In this document: one piece after another, positions 30,836 to 40,765 of the stretch
Layout of the letters: each line of letters starts with the position of its first letter
How positions within the stretch are numbered: position 1 is the stretch's first letter
Source: Nitrospirales bacterium
Lineage (GTDB): Bacteria > Nitrospirota > Nitrospiria > Nitrospirales > UBA8639
Reading direction: 5' to 3'
DNA length: 64,000 nt
NCBI GenBank assembly: GCA_965223295.1
Contig: CBDCWC010000003.1
Coordinates: 736,001 to 800,000 of the forward strand
The notes under the pieces: generated by a model
The model's input: only the letters and a program-made list of their open reading frames with translations
What the model was told of the DNA's origin: nothing
Database searches by the model: none
Position numbers and translations under genes: made by a program

Positions 30836-32404
30836 TTAGGGTTTACCATACCCGCCGCCACCTGGGGTTTTAATAGCAAGAATGTCTCTTGCTTCTACAG
30901 GAAATGTACACTTACCTGGAATCTCGTTTTTAGCTTCGTTTTGCCTGAGATGATTGCTTCCTGATTGACCTGGTTCTCCGCCTTTCAGCCCATAGGGTCT
31001 GGTAACACGGCGGTCTGCCAGCAACGTAATCTCTGCCGGTTGAAGAAATTCATATTCCCTTACAAGACCGTCTCCTCCTTGATAACTTCCAGGTCCTCCA
31101 GATCCGTCTCGCAAAGCGTAGCGGGCAATTCGAAATGGATAGGCATATTCTAAGGCTTCCGCGGGCGTATTGAGGGTGTTGGTCATGTGAGAATGACGGC
31201 CACTTGCCCCAGCACCTTGAGGTCCTGCGCCCATTCCACCACCAATGGTTTCGTAATAGGCAAATGGACGATCATGGCGTTCGTCCCAACCGCCAATCGT
31301 TAGATTATTCATGGTGCCTTGACTAGCGGCAGGAATTTGATCGGGACAGGCTTGCGCTAAAGCCCCGAGCAACACATCCACAATCCGTTGAGAGGTTTCG
31401 ACATTTCCGGCGGCCACAGCAGCAGGTCGCCGCGCATTCACTAACGTGCCTTCTGGAGCAATGAGATGAATGGGCCGCAAACACCCGCTATTGGCTGGAA
31501 TATCTAATCCCAAGACACAGCGGAACACATAGGCCACAGCCGATAAGGTGACGGGATAGACTGCATTGATGCTGCCGGACCGTTGTGCATCGGTTCCTGA
31601 AAAATCCACGGAGACTTCCTCTTCATCAAGAGTAATCGCAACACGAATGACAGCAGGCTTTTCGGTAAAGCCATCATTATCCAACGCATCTTCAAATTCG
31701 TAGCGGCCTTTGGGCAATTGACCAATCAATTGACGAGTCATCCGCTCACTGTAATCGAGTAAGGCATCCATGTCCGCAACGAGAACTTGGAGACCAACTC
31801 GTTTCGCTAACCCTTCCATTCTCTCTATGCCAATGTGATTGGCGGCCAGCTGCGCTTGCAAGTCTCCTAATCGTTCTTCGGGTGTGCGAACATTGGCCAT
31901 GAGCAATCGCCACACACCTTCATTCTTTTGGCCATTCATCATGAATTTGACCGGTGGAATACTCAATCCCTCTTGAAAGATTTCTTGAGAAAGCGGCATC
32001 GACCCAGCAGACATACCACCAATATCGGCATGATGGGCTCGATTGGCCACAAAGCCAAGGAGAGAAGATTCCGATTTCTCGTCAACAAATATTGGCGAAA
32101 CAATCGTGATATCCGGCAAATGCGTTCCCCCACAATAGGGATCATTGACCATGGCCGCGTCACCTGGCTCAAAGCCCATCGTGTCAAGACAGGCTTGTAC
32201 CGATAGTGGCATGGCACCAAGGTGTACGGGGATATGCGCAGCTTGCGCCACAAGATTTCCTTTTGCATCAAACACTGCACAAGAGAAATCACGCCGTTCT
32301 TTGATATTCGGCGAGAACGCGGCCCGTTGCAGACGTGCACCCATTTCTTCCGCAACCGACACGAATCGGTGTTTCATAATTTCTGTACGAATGGGATCAT
32401 TCAT
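30836..32404 (-). CDS. Hydantoinase B/5-oxoprolinase subunit
   Basis: FSPNIKERRDFSCA, HIPVHLG, NDPYCGGTHLPD, HHADIGG, TPGGGGYG. Confidence 0.93.
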   Translation of the reverse strand: MNDPIRTEIMKHRFVSVAEEMGARLQRAAFSPNIKERRDFSCAVFDAKGNLVAQAAHIPVHLGAMPLSVQACLDTMGFEPGDAAMVNDPYCGGTHLPDITIVSPIFVDEKSESSLLGFVANRAHHADIGGMSAGSMPLSQEIFQEGLSIPPVKFMMNGQKNEGVWRLLMANVRTPEERLGDLQAQLAANHIGIERMEGLAKRVGLQVLVADMDALLDYSERMTRQLIGQLPKGRYEFEDALDNDGFTEKPAVIRVAITLDEEEVSVDFSGTDAQRSGSINAVYPVTLSAVAYVFRCVLGLDIPANSGCLRPIHLIAPEGTLVNARRPAAVAAGNVETSQRIVDVLLGALAQACPDQIPAASQGTMNNLTIGGWDERHDRPFAYYETIGGGMGAGPQGAGASGRHSHMTNTLNTPAEALEYAYPFRIARYALRDGSGGPGSYQGGDGLVREYEFLQPAEITLLADRRVTRPYGLKGGEPGQSGSNHLRQNEAKNEIPGKCTFPVEARDILAIKTPGGGGYGKP

Positions 32405-34409
32405 CGGAGGCTCCCACTCCAATAAGGATATTGGAATAAGGATCAATTTTGGCCTGGTCTGTAGGTCCCAGATACACGGTGGTATCGTCCAAGACAATGA
32501 TCGCCGGTCCAGACACTACATGGCCCGGACGCAAGCGATTTCCCCAATAATGTGGCAACGCTTGAATAGAGTTTTCCACCACCACTGGACGGTCTTCCCA
32601 TTTCGCCAGAGACGCATCAGGTGGACCTAGAGGATGGGAAGACAGAGACGGAGGGCTCACGCGGCCAACGGCTTGGACCCGCACATTCACAATCTCAATG
32701 TCCGCGTCAGGCTGACAATAGCCATAGCGCGTCTGATGAATCTGATCAAATTCTTTTCGGAACTGAGCCGTGAGGGGCACATTGAGATCAAATGATTGCC
32801 CGACATAGCGGACATCAACCGTTTGAAAAATAATGGCCTGATCAGGAGATACGCCTTCCCGTTCTAAATCGTTTTCCCCCTGTTGGACGATCGTCCTGGT
32901 GTGTTGTTCAAGTTCTTCACTCGTCGTTTCATTCGGGAGCATGACCGTACGCACATAATCCAATTGCACATCTGCAGCCAACATACCTAATGCCGACAAC
33001 GTCGCCGCCATTGGCGATACTAAGACCTGGGGAATGCCTAACGCTCTTGCCAAATCACAGGCATGCAGGCCTCCAGCCCCTCCGAACGACACCAATACCG
33101 TCTCTCGAGGGTCTTCACCCCGCTCTACCGAGATCACGCGAAGGGCCCGCTCCATATGAGCATTCGCAATCTGAATGATGCCTAGCGCCAAACACTGCCT
33201 TGTATCCAAACCCTCTCGCGAAGAAAGTGTGATTCCTTGACTGAATGCATCAAACGCTTGTTTCGCCGCCTCTACATCCAGGACCTGTTGCCCGCCAAGA
33301 AACCCATCGGTGGGCAAACGCCCCAAGATCACCTGAACATCAGTCACAGTCGGCGTTTGGCCGCCTCGCCCATAACACACAGGACCAGGGTTCGCCCCGG
33401 CACTTTGCGGCCCCACACGAAGATTGCCGCCAGCGTCGACAGCTGCCAACGAACCACCACCGGAACCCACAGTATGAATATCAATCACCGGCACACGAAT
33501 GGGACAACCACCGATTTCAGCTTCGCTGGTCACATGAATATTGTTATGGACGAATGCGACATCCGTCGACGTCCCGCCCATATCAAACGTTAAGAGACGA
33601 TGAAAACCTGCCAATTCCGCCAAATACCTGGCCCCGACCACTCCACCAGCTGGCCCTGACAGAATCGACCGCACCCCATGGCCTCGAGCTTGCGAGACAG
33701 ACAAACGTCCCCCGTTTGATTGCAAGATGTGAAACTCAGCAGGCAGCATCTCTTGCTCTAACTTTCCCAAGTACGTATCGAGTACCGGCGACACATAAGC
33801 ATTCACGGCCGTCGTGCTTGTTCGTTCGTACTCGCGAAATTCGGGCAAAATTTCTGATGAAGCGGTCACAAAAAATCCTTCTGCACGCAATCTATTCGTG
33901 ACCCATTGCTCATGTTTGGGATTCAGGAACGAGAAAAGAAACGAAACTGCCACCGATTGGATATTCTGGCCTCTTAATTCTCCGATAATCTCATCAAGTT
34001 CATATTCCTGAAGTGGCGTCACCACATTCCCTTCTTCATCCATTCGCTCTGTGATTTCAAACGACCATTCACGCGGGATGAGTGGCGAAGGGATAGATGG
34101 GAGCAAATCGTATAGCTCCGGGCGATCTTGTCGGCCGATCTGCAACACATCGCGAAAGCCTTTCGTTGTCATCAACGCGGTTCGGGCACCTTTACGTTCT
34201 AGGATGGCGTTGGTGGCAACGGTTGAACCATGCACAATATGACGACTATTGGTTTTGGTCAGTTGAGATAACCCTTGCAAGACAGCTTGGGAAGGATCAG
34301 TAGGAGTCGAAAGAATTTTGAAACGTTGAAGAGATTGATCGCTGGACGAATAGATCACAAAGTCAGTAAACGTCCCTCCAATATCAATGCCAATAAGAAA
34401 ATCATTCAT
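32397..34409 (-). CDS. Hydantoinase A/5-oxoprolinase ATP-binding subunit
   Basis: GIDIGGTFTD, HGSTVATNA, SGPAGG, DMGGTSTD, FGGAGGLHA. Confidence 0.93.
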   Translation of the reverse strand: MNDFLIGIDIGGTFTDFVIYSSSDQSLQRFKILSTPTDPSQAVLQGLSQLTKTNSRHIVHGSTVATNAILERKGARTALMTTKGFRDVLQIGRQDRPELYDLLPSIPSPLIPREWSFEITERMDEEGNVVTPLQEYELDEIIGELRGQNIQSVAVSFLFSFLNPKHEQWVTNRLRAEGFFVTASSEILPEFREYERTSTTAVNAYVSPVLDTYLGKLEQEMLPAEFHILQSNGGRLSVSQARGHGVRSILSGPAGGVVGARYLAELAGFHRLLTFDMGGTSTDVAFVHNNIHVTSEAEIGGCPIRVPVIDIHTVGSGGGSLAAVDAGGNLRVGPQSAGANPGPVCYGRGGQTPTVTDVQVILGRLPTDGFLGGQQVLDVEAAKQAFDAFSQGITLSSREGLDTRQCLALGIIQIANAHMERALRVISVERGEDPRETVLVSFGGAGGLHACDLARALGIPQVLVSPMAATLSALGMLAADVQLDYVRTVMLPNETTSEELEQHTRTIVQQGENDLEREGVSPDQAIIFQTVDVRYVGQSFDLNVPLTAQFRKEFDQIHQTRYGYCQPDADIEIVNVRVQAVGRVSPPSLSSHPLGPPDASLAKWEDRPVVVENSIQALPHYWGNRLRPGHVVSGPAIIVLDDTTVYLGPTDQAKIDPYSNILIGVGASDE

Positions 34410-34672
34410 GAGATATTAAGGTAAAAGCGCGAAGAATGAAGAGCATTGTTTTCTTATTTCTTTACCGTCAAGATCACCCAACATGCACGGTCTCGCTGGT
34501 AGAGAAATTCAAGTCCTACTTGAAACCAACGCCCTATGTTTCTGAGAATCAAATCTTACAACGGAAACAGCATGAGAACCTAGTGGACAACAAGAGGAAG
34601 AACGTGGAAGAGCTTGCATAGAATGTCTGAACGTACCAAACCATGTGACGGATTTGCAGGCAGAAAAGATTA

Positions 34673-35080
34673 CTAGTGCGAAGGATCGATAATTTTTAAA
34701 GACGGCATTCCAGCCCGGTAAAACCCTCGGTCTCGCGTTAATAATACATCGGCGTGATGAGAGGCATGCGCCCCAATCAGGAAGTCTGCAACCATACGAG
34801 TTCGTTTACCACCTTTTTCCCTGTAGGCTTTCCATAGCTGCCCCGCCTTTAAGGCCGCATCAACCTCTATTGGAGAATAGCCAACACCTAAGTTCATGAG
34901 TGCTTCTTGTGCGATCTTCACGGTTGAAAACACTGCTGCCACTTCGGCCCAAACCACTTCACACGCAATTAATGAGCCTTGTTGAATACAGGATCGGAAC
35001 GCCTCTTTTGATTGCACTCCATGCTTTGGATCGGCTCCAAAAATGTCAATGAGAACGTTCGTATCAATGGCCGTAATCAC
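34673..35080 (-). CDS. vapC: VapC (PIN domain) toxin
   Basis: IDTNVLID, EVVWAE, ADFLIGAHA, LLTRDRG. Confidence 0.88.
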   Translation of the reverse strand: MITAIDTNVLIDIFGADPKHGVQSKEAFRSCIQQGSLIACEVVWAEVAAVFSTVKIAQEALMNLGVGYSPIEVDAALKAGQLWKAYREKGGKRTRMVADFLIGAHASHHADVLLTRDRGFYRAGMPSLKIIDPSH

Positions 35081-35307
35081 CGTGGGTCTGCTTCACCACG
35101 AAGGTCTTTGATGACTTGATCAGTCTTCGTTTTCGTTTTGAGAATACCGAAAAGTGCATCCACGGGATCATACATAGAGGCCTTTGTGGCAACAAGTTTT
35201 CCTTCTTGTTCTTGAAACTCTAGGACTTGTCCAGCATGCAAGCCAAGACGCTCGCGAAGCGGCTTAGGAATGGTAATTTGTCCTTTCTCCGAAACAATAG
35301 ATTTCAT
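35077..35307 (-). CDS. AbrB/MazE/SpoVT family antitoxin
   Basis: MKSIVSEKGQITIPKPLRERLGL; GTGA overlap with the PIN gene. Confidence 0.88.
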   Translation of the reverse strand: MKSIVSEKGQITIPKPLRERLGLHAGQVLEFQEQEGKLVATKASMYDPVDALFGILKTKTKTDQVIKDLRGEADPR

Positions 35308-35313
35308 ACTTTT

Positions 35314-35342
35314 ATTGTATGAATTCATACATTAACTGTCAA
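35314..35342 (-). promoter_or_regulatory. TA promoter (likely leaderless) with a perfect 16-bp operator
   Basis: TTGACA-N17-TACAAT, 6 nt before ATG; TGTATGAATTCATACA at 35316-35331. Confidence 0.7.
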
Positions 35343-35405
35343 ATTTTGGCTATTAGAGAACTGGAATACTCTGAAGATCACGACAGAGAGACCTGAACAT
35401 TTACT

Positions 35406-35474
35406 GGGTCTGTTGATCGCCAAAGGCTTCATGGCGAAATATGGCCCTTGATATTTTCATTATTCAACACGCCC
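35406..35474 (+). mobile_element. MITE family A, internally deleted 69-bp copy
   Basis: GGGTCTGTTGA ... TTCATTATTCAACACGCCC; TSD TTACT at 35401-35405 and 35475-35479. Confidence 0.75.
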
Positions 35475-35585
35475 TTACTGGAATGCGAGGATCAACTAGC
35501 AGAAAACGATCTTACTATTTCCATTTTGGAGGGGAAAATTTGAAGATGCCGATAAAGATGATGTGAGATAAATTTTCGAGAAACG

Positions 35586-37103
35586 CTACCCTTTGAGGAT
35601 ACCTTTTAGTGACACACGGCGGGGGCTGCCACTGGCATTGTCTTGAATCGTCAATGTGGCGTGATAAGTTCCTGGATCTTGCGTGGCAAATCTTACCTTC
35701 ATGACACAGGATTCTCCTGTGTGGAGTGTCTTGTCTTGGCAGGCGGGACTAAGCATCTGAAACGCTTCTGACCCTGGGCCTGATATGACCACCTCTATCA
35801 CCCGAAGGGGACCAAGGCCGATATTAGAGAACCTGACCTCTCGTTGAGCCTTCTCAGTCGAAGGCGAGGTAGATGTAGGTGAATCTTGCTCAAATACCAA
35901 CGCATCAGTGCTGACACTCGACATTGGAATAGCCCCGCCACCGCTCAAGAGTACGGACACTCCATCAGTATTCGTACTGGCTGTGGCAAAATCAGGACGA
36001 GAATCCTGATCGAAGTCCTGGACAACCACCTCAGCAGGTGTAGCCCCCACACCAAAATGACCGACCGTTGTAAAAGAGCCTGTCCCATCTCCAACAAAGA
36101 GAGACAAACTATTGGAATCTCGATTGACGACAACAAGATCTAATCTGTCGTCTTGATTCATATCCTGAATTTCCACACCAACTGGAGCAAACCCCACTTT
36201 TATGGGATCAAGAAAACGAAATTTTCCGGGCGCGTCTTGGAGAAGAACACGGACTGAATCAGCATACAAGCTGGTGACGGCTAAATCCAAAAGACCATTC
36301 TGATCAATATCCGCTCCCTGTACCGCACTTAAGGTGAAACCTGGCTGAAGATCAGTGAAATGCAAAAAATTTCCATCACCATCATTTTTCAAGATCGAAA
36401 CAAGCCCATTGGGCGTACTCCAACTGGGCTGGCTCCAGGTCACCGCTAAATCGACTAAACCATCGCCGGTCAGTTCTCCAACAAATACTCCTGTAGGAAA
36501 CAAGTCCTTCCCACGATCATCTTCATAAGTCAGCGATTCCCGCAAACGTCCTTTACCATTGTTCAAAAGAACGCTCACATTAAAAGGCGGGTAGTAACCA
36601 AATCGTCCGCTATTCGCCGCCACCACATCGCTCCAACCATCCCCGTTGAAATCCTGAGCGGCTAAGAATGTCGTCCCTTTTCCCGAAGCCTGACGAGCAA
36701 CTTTCTGAAACAATCCCTTTCCATCACCCTTGAGGATGACGACTTGATCGGATCCGCTCAAGGCCACCACTAAATCCAGGACGCCATCACGATCCATATC
36801 CTCGGCAACCAAGGCTAATGGAATTTTACCAACACCAAACGACACCGCTGATTGAAACGTACCGTTGCCATTGCCTAACAACACGGAAACATCATCTGAT
36901 GTACTATTCACGGTCGCCAAATCTTCATATCCATCATCATTAAAATCCCCCGTCGCAATGGCTTGCGGCGCACGCCCCACAGGGTTACTGGGCGTGAGCG
37001 TATAGTCGAGATTTTGTGCCAGGGTGGGAGTACCCACATTGCCAATCCAAGCACAAATCATTCCGGCGAACACAATGCGGCGTAAATCTTTTTTGTCAAG
37101 CAT
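35586..37103 (-). CDS. Secreted FG-GAP (VCBS) repeat beta-propeller with C-terminal Ig-like (ASH/choice-of-anchor D-like) domain
   Basis: About 7 D.N.DG..DL repeats; signal peptide; C-terminal SNIGLGPL...C...C...F.....G...ATLTI.DN. Confidence 0.85.
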   Translation of the reverse strand: MLDKKDLRRIVFAGMICAWIGNVGTPTLAQNLDYTLTPSNPVGRAPQAIATGDFNDDGYEDLATVNSTSDDVSVLLGNGNGTFQSAVSFGVGKIPLALVAEDMDRDGVLDLVVALSGSDQVVILKGDGKGLFQKVARQASGKGTTFLAAQDFNGDGWSDVVAANSGRFGYYPPFNVSVLLNNGKGRLRESLTYEDDRGKDLFPTGVFVGELTGDGLVDLAVTWSQPSWSTPNGLVSILKNDGDGNFLHFTDLQPGFTLSAVQGADIDQNGLLDLAVTSLYADSVRVLLQDAPGKFRFLDPIKVGFAPVGVEIQDMNQDDRLDLVVVNRDSNSLSLFVGDGTGSFTTVGHFGVGATPAEVVVQDFDQDSRPDFATASTNTDGVSVLLSGGGAIPMSSVSTDALVFEQDSPTSTSPSTEKAQREVRFSNIGLGPLRVIEVVISGPGSEAFQMLSPACQDKTLHTGESCVMKVRFATQDPGTYHATLTIQDNASGSPRRVSLKGILKG

Positions 37104-37110
37104 GTTTGGT

Positions 37111-37371
37111 CTAATTGAGCGATGAACCGGAAAAGGATTTTTCTATGACAATTTCAATTTCATCAGATGCCGCAACCCCTCGATTACGAAAACGCGCAGC
37201 CCAACCAGGATGCCGCTCCAACGTCTGAAATATGTTTTTGACAATATCAGGCTTCACCTGTGCTTCCCATTGCTGGAGCCATGCCCGCTCATCATCCTCG
37301 CCATCGTAGTCATCCGGAAAGGTGGCTTCCAAGGAAAACCTCAACTTAAACGATTCCTCTTCCTGATACAT
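37111..37371 (-). CDS. Hypothetical protein
   Basis: AGGAG RBS; 86 aa; 7 nt upstream of the FG-GAP gene. Confidence 0.7.
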   Translation of the reverse strand: MYQEEESFKLRFSLEATFPDDYDGEDDERAWLQQWEAQVKPDIVKNIFQTLERHPGWAARFRNRGVAASDEIEIVIEKSFSGSSLN

Positions 37372-37489
37372 AATTTCTCCTTGTCTGAATCCACACGAGA
37401 GGTTAACGGGAGCAGCAGTCGATTGTCCTCATTTTAACAATTTGGCTATACTTAGGTTTACCATGTCGTGAAAAAGGAGGTCTAATACC

Positions 37490-37717
37490 ATGCCAATTTT
37501 TGCGTATAAATGCCAAGCCTGCTCTCACCGCTTTGACTTGCTTGTGCACGGATCGAATATACCAGCCTGTCCGGAATGCCAGGGGAAAAAGTTGGAAAAA
37601 CAATTGACTGGATTTGCCGTTGGCGGCACCGACGGCGGAATGGATTTTTCAGGGGGACCCGGAAGCTGTGGAAGCTGCGGCGACCCGCGAGGCCCTGGCG
37701 CCTGCTCAATGAATTAG
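37490..37717 (+). CDS. FmdB family zinc-ribbon protein
   Basis: MPIFAYKCQAC...CPEC; AGGAGG RBS. Confidence 0.88.
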   Translation: MPIFAYKCQACSHRFDLLVHGSNIPACPECQGKKLEKQLTGFAVGGTDGGMDFSGGPGSCGSCGDPRGPGACSMN

Positions 37718-38202
37718 GAACGACTTGTACTGTGACGCTTGAGACTTGCCGTTGTTGCGGAGATATCAGATAGGGAATTCAGAAACCGAAGGGAAGGATG
37801 ACCTGGAGTCACATGAATCACTGGTTTTCCGCTCGAATCACAATCTGTCACAAAACCGAGCACTTCTGAATCATAGGGGAAAAGCCGAATCGAGGCCACG
37901 TAAGCTTGTTTTCCCACCGAGAAACGACATTCTGCTTGCTGTGGCAACCCTCGACTGACTGCATACTCCAACGCATTCTGAACTTTCTTTCCAGCTTTTT
38001 TCGGCAGCACGTCTCTCACAGATTGACCCAAGATGATTTCTCCACCCAAGAAGTGCGTACATGGGAATGGGTAAAAACAATCTCGATAAATTCCCTGAAC
38101 ATCCCAACGAAAAACTTTGTGGGGGAAGAAAGCGACGTGGTCTGGACGAAATAACATCCGAAACAGAGTATGCCACTTGTCGACCGGCCAGCGCAGTGAC
38201 AC
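37714..38202 (-). CDS. Hypothetical protein, possible stand-alone PAS-fold domain
   Basis: VFRWDVQGIY...ILGQSVRDVLP...ALEYAVSRG pattern resembles PAS_4; GAGGG RBS before GTG. Confidence 0.5.
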   Translation of the reverse strand: MSLRWPVDKWHTLFRMLFRPDHVAFFPHKVFRWDVQGIYRDCFYPFPCTHFLGGEIILGQSVRDVLPKKAGKKVQNALEYAVSRGLPQQAECRFSVGKQAYVASIRLFPYDSEVLGFVTDCDSSGKPVIHVTPGHPSLRFLNSLSDISATTASLKRHSTSRS

Positions 38203-38333
38203 GGAACCCTCCCTGGTACCGCTAAAAATTCTACTGTAAAAGGACCGTCTAATAGAATCAACACTTTTTTCTGATGTTTGTGTGCTGTAAGGCCACCCTC
38301 GCCTTTAAGATACAATCCCCTGTCAGGCATTAG

Positions 38334-38524
38334 GGGGCTGTTGAATAATGATGATATCAAGGGCCACATTTCGCCTCTGTGACGTCACATATCAGAGGCC
38401 TCGGGGCTGTTCAAAAAAGTCCGTTCAGCAAGGCCACAGCCATGTTCGCGCGCGGAGCGTCCTGGTAGTACGTAAGCACGGAAAAAGGGCGAGAACGCCG
38501 CTGGCGGCTTTTTTCAACAGACCC
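38334..38524 (-). mobile_element. MITE family A, copy 4
   Basis: Ends GGGGCTGTTGAA / TTCAACAGACCC; TSD ATTAG at 38329-38333 and 38525-38529. Confidence 0.9.
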
Positions 38525-38534
38525 ATTAGCGAAA

Positions 38535-38987
38535 CTACTCTTGCCCATTGAAGTGCTCATTTCCGTTCAGCCCATCTTCTTCAGGATCGGACCACATCCG
38601 CTCAGGGAAACCCAGAGCATCTTGTCCCATTCCATAAAAAAGGGCATGTGCCGCAACCACGTACGTAATCCAGCCAACGGTCCCATCCACCTCCACCACT
38701 AAATAGTCTGGGTTTTCGGCTTCCGGAATGGTGAGTTCACGTCCCGGCAAAGTCATCATGACCCGATGCACACTGACATGCGGTGACACTTCCTCTCCGA
38801 TGCCCGCATAACGGATGGCAATCATACCATTCGGAAGTAAATCATTTCGGTTGAAAACGCTGGCTTGAAAGGCTTGAGCATTAAGTTGAGAATCACACGA
38901 CCAGGCAGGAGGGGAAATGGCCCATAACAGAAGGCCAAGCAGCCAAGGAATGTTTCCGATAAGTGGTCCTTCTCGTAAGCGCCCCAT
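38535..38987 (-). CDS. Secreted hypothetical protein
   Basis: AGGAGG RBS; signal peptide; C-terminal DPEEDGLNGNE. Confidence 0.65.
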   Translation of the reverse strand: MGRLREGPLIGNIPWLLGLLLWAISPPAWSCDSQLNAQAFQASVFNRNDLLPNGMIAIRYAGIGEEVSPHVSVHRVMMTLPGRELTIPEAENPDYLVVEVDGTVGWITYVVAAHALFYGMGQDALGFPERMWSDPEEDGLNGNEHFNGQE

Positions 38988-39192
38988 ACGGCACCTCCTT
39001 GTTGGGACTCGTTAAGAGACTCCTTTCTCTCCTACTCTTTCTTATCGGTTGTTTATCTGAAAAGTTGAGGACTGAGAGGATAGTATGGGAGGTAACAAAG
39101 CAAAGGGCTGAGAAATGTTATCAATGTTAGCTTAGGAAAGCACTGGGACTTCCAAGTATTTTGGCCTGGAAGCCCCAATTGTCTCGTAACAC

Positions 39193-40020
39193 TTAAGCTG
39201 ATTTGGACTCTGGGATCATATGTACATCGCGTTGTGGAAATGGAATAGTAATGTCTTCCCGGTCAAAAGCCAGCTTCACCTGCTCATGCATGTTAAAGAA
39301 GACAGCCCAATAGTCTTCAGGCTTCACCCACACCCGCATCAGCATATTTATCGAACTATCACCATGCTCTTTGACATAAACTTCTGAAGGTGGATTTTGC
39401 AACACCCGGGAATCTGTGGCAATCACGTCTTGCAACACTCGTTTAGCTTTCAGCACGTCATCCCCATAACTAATGCCAAACGGCATATCCACTCGACGAT
39501 GCGGCTCAGCATTTAGATTAGTCAGACACCCATTTGATAGTAATCCATTGGGGATAATAATTCTTCGATTGTCTAAAGTCGTTAGGATCGTGACAAAAAT
39601 TTGAATCTCTTTCACAATGCCCAAATAGCCTTGCGCCTCAACCAAATCCCCTACCTTGAAGGGCTTGAAGAACAAGATGAGTACTCCTCCTGCAAAATTT
39701 GCGAGACTGCCTTGGAGCGCCAAGCCTACCGCTAATCCGGCAGCTCCCAACATGGCAATAAAGGACGTGGTTTCCACCCCCACCATTGAGGCCACACTGA
39801 TGATAACCAGCGCTTTCAGCAAAATTCCTCCCAAATTGATAAGGAACTTTCTGAGCGTCACTTCGACTTCGCTCCGCTCTAATGTCTTCTCAAATACACT
39901 CATGACCCGCTTAATCACCCAAAACCCAACAATCAGGGTCACAAGCGCCAAGAGCAGCTTGGGACCATAACTCAGCAATAATTCAGTGGCAGTTTGCGTC
40001 AACTGTTCAACATTGATCAT
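39193..40020 (-). CDS. mscS: Small-conductance mechanosensitive channel
   Basis: GAAGLAVGLALQGSLANFAGG, KPFKVGD, IPNG, ITIPFPQRDVH. Confidence 0.93.
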   Translation of the reverse strand: MINVEQLTQTATELLLSYGPKLLLALVTLIVGFWVIKRVMSVFEKTLERSEVEVTLRKFLINLGGILLKALVIISVASMVGVETTSFIAMLGAAGLAVGLALQGSLANFAGGVLILFFKPFKVGDLVEAQGYLGIVKEIQIFVTILTTLDNRRIIIPNGLLSNGCLTNLNAEPHRRVDMPFGISYGDDVLKAKRVLQDVIATDSRVLQNPPSEVYVKEHGDSSINMLMRVWVKPEDYWAVFFNMHEQVKLAFDREDITIPFPQRDVHMIPESKSA

Positions 40021-40253
40021 CGATCAAAACCTCCTCGACAAAATAAGTGATTGGGGTAAAAGGGAATGTGATTCAATGTGCTAGCATCCATGCAGCAGCA
40101 ACCGATCAACAGAAGAGAATGGGGTACGAAGTGTGAAATTTCTCCAAAAACGGCATGGACGCCAACACGACCCAGTGATGCACCTGAGCCTTATGACAGA
40201 GGGGAGAGAACTACGGTTTTAGCTGACAGTCAGAGCCATGGCTACCGGCTTCA

Positions 40254-40466
40254 CTACTCAGAACTACCCAGCATATCATCAATGAGAGGACGATTCAGAT
40301 CTTCACAACCCGGACAGATCACATCAAAAAACGCTTCGTGATCTTCTACATAATTCTTGTCATCGACTAAATTTTCTTCATGTATCAAATCAAAACAGAC
40401 CGGACAGAGTACCATCAGTCCGCGCATCACCCGTATCGTCTTCCGCCCTGAACTGCTGGACATCAT
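40254..40466 (-). CDS. Small Cys-rich (2x CxxC) protein
   Basis: CPVC...CPGC in 70 aa. Confidence 0.55.
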   Translation of the reverse strand: MMSSSSGRKTIRVMRGLMVLCPVCFDLIHEENLVDDKNYVEDHEAFFDVICPGCEDLNRPLIDDMLGSSE

Positions 40467-40513
40467 CGTAGGTCATGCCCCTTCGGCTGTGGCAAGGAGA
40501 CTCTAGGGCACAA

Positions 40514-40708
40514 TTAGGACCACCCACGTTGTTGGGCTAACATGAAATCTTCCTGTTCTAGATCGATTTCACAGACAGGGCATTCGATGGGCTGATCCTG
40601 GGGCGGGACAGCAAGTGGGGTCTCCTGGATTTTTCCTTGACAGACATGATAGAACTTTCCTCGTGCATGTTCATCATCCATGATGTCTGATTCATATTTG
40701 AGGATCAT
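40514..40708 (-). CDS. Small putative zinc-finger protein
   Basis: AGGAG RBS before ATG 40708; HVC...CPVC in 64 aa. Confidence 0.55.
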   Translation of the reverse strand: MILKYESDIMDDEHARGKFYHVCQGKIQETPLAVPPQDQPIECPVCEIDLEQEDFMLAQQRGWS

Positions 40709-40765
40709 ATAATACTCCTGCTTGAATAATCTCGTGATCAATTTATAACAAGCCTTGGAATCCCC

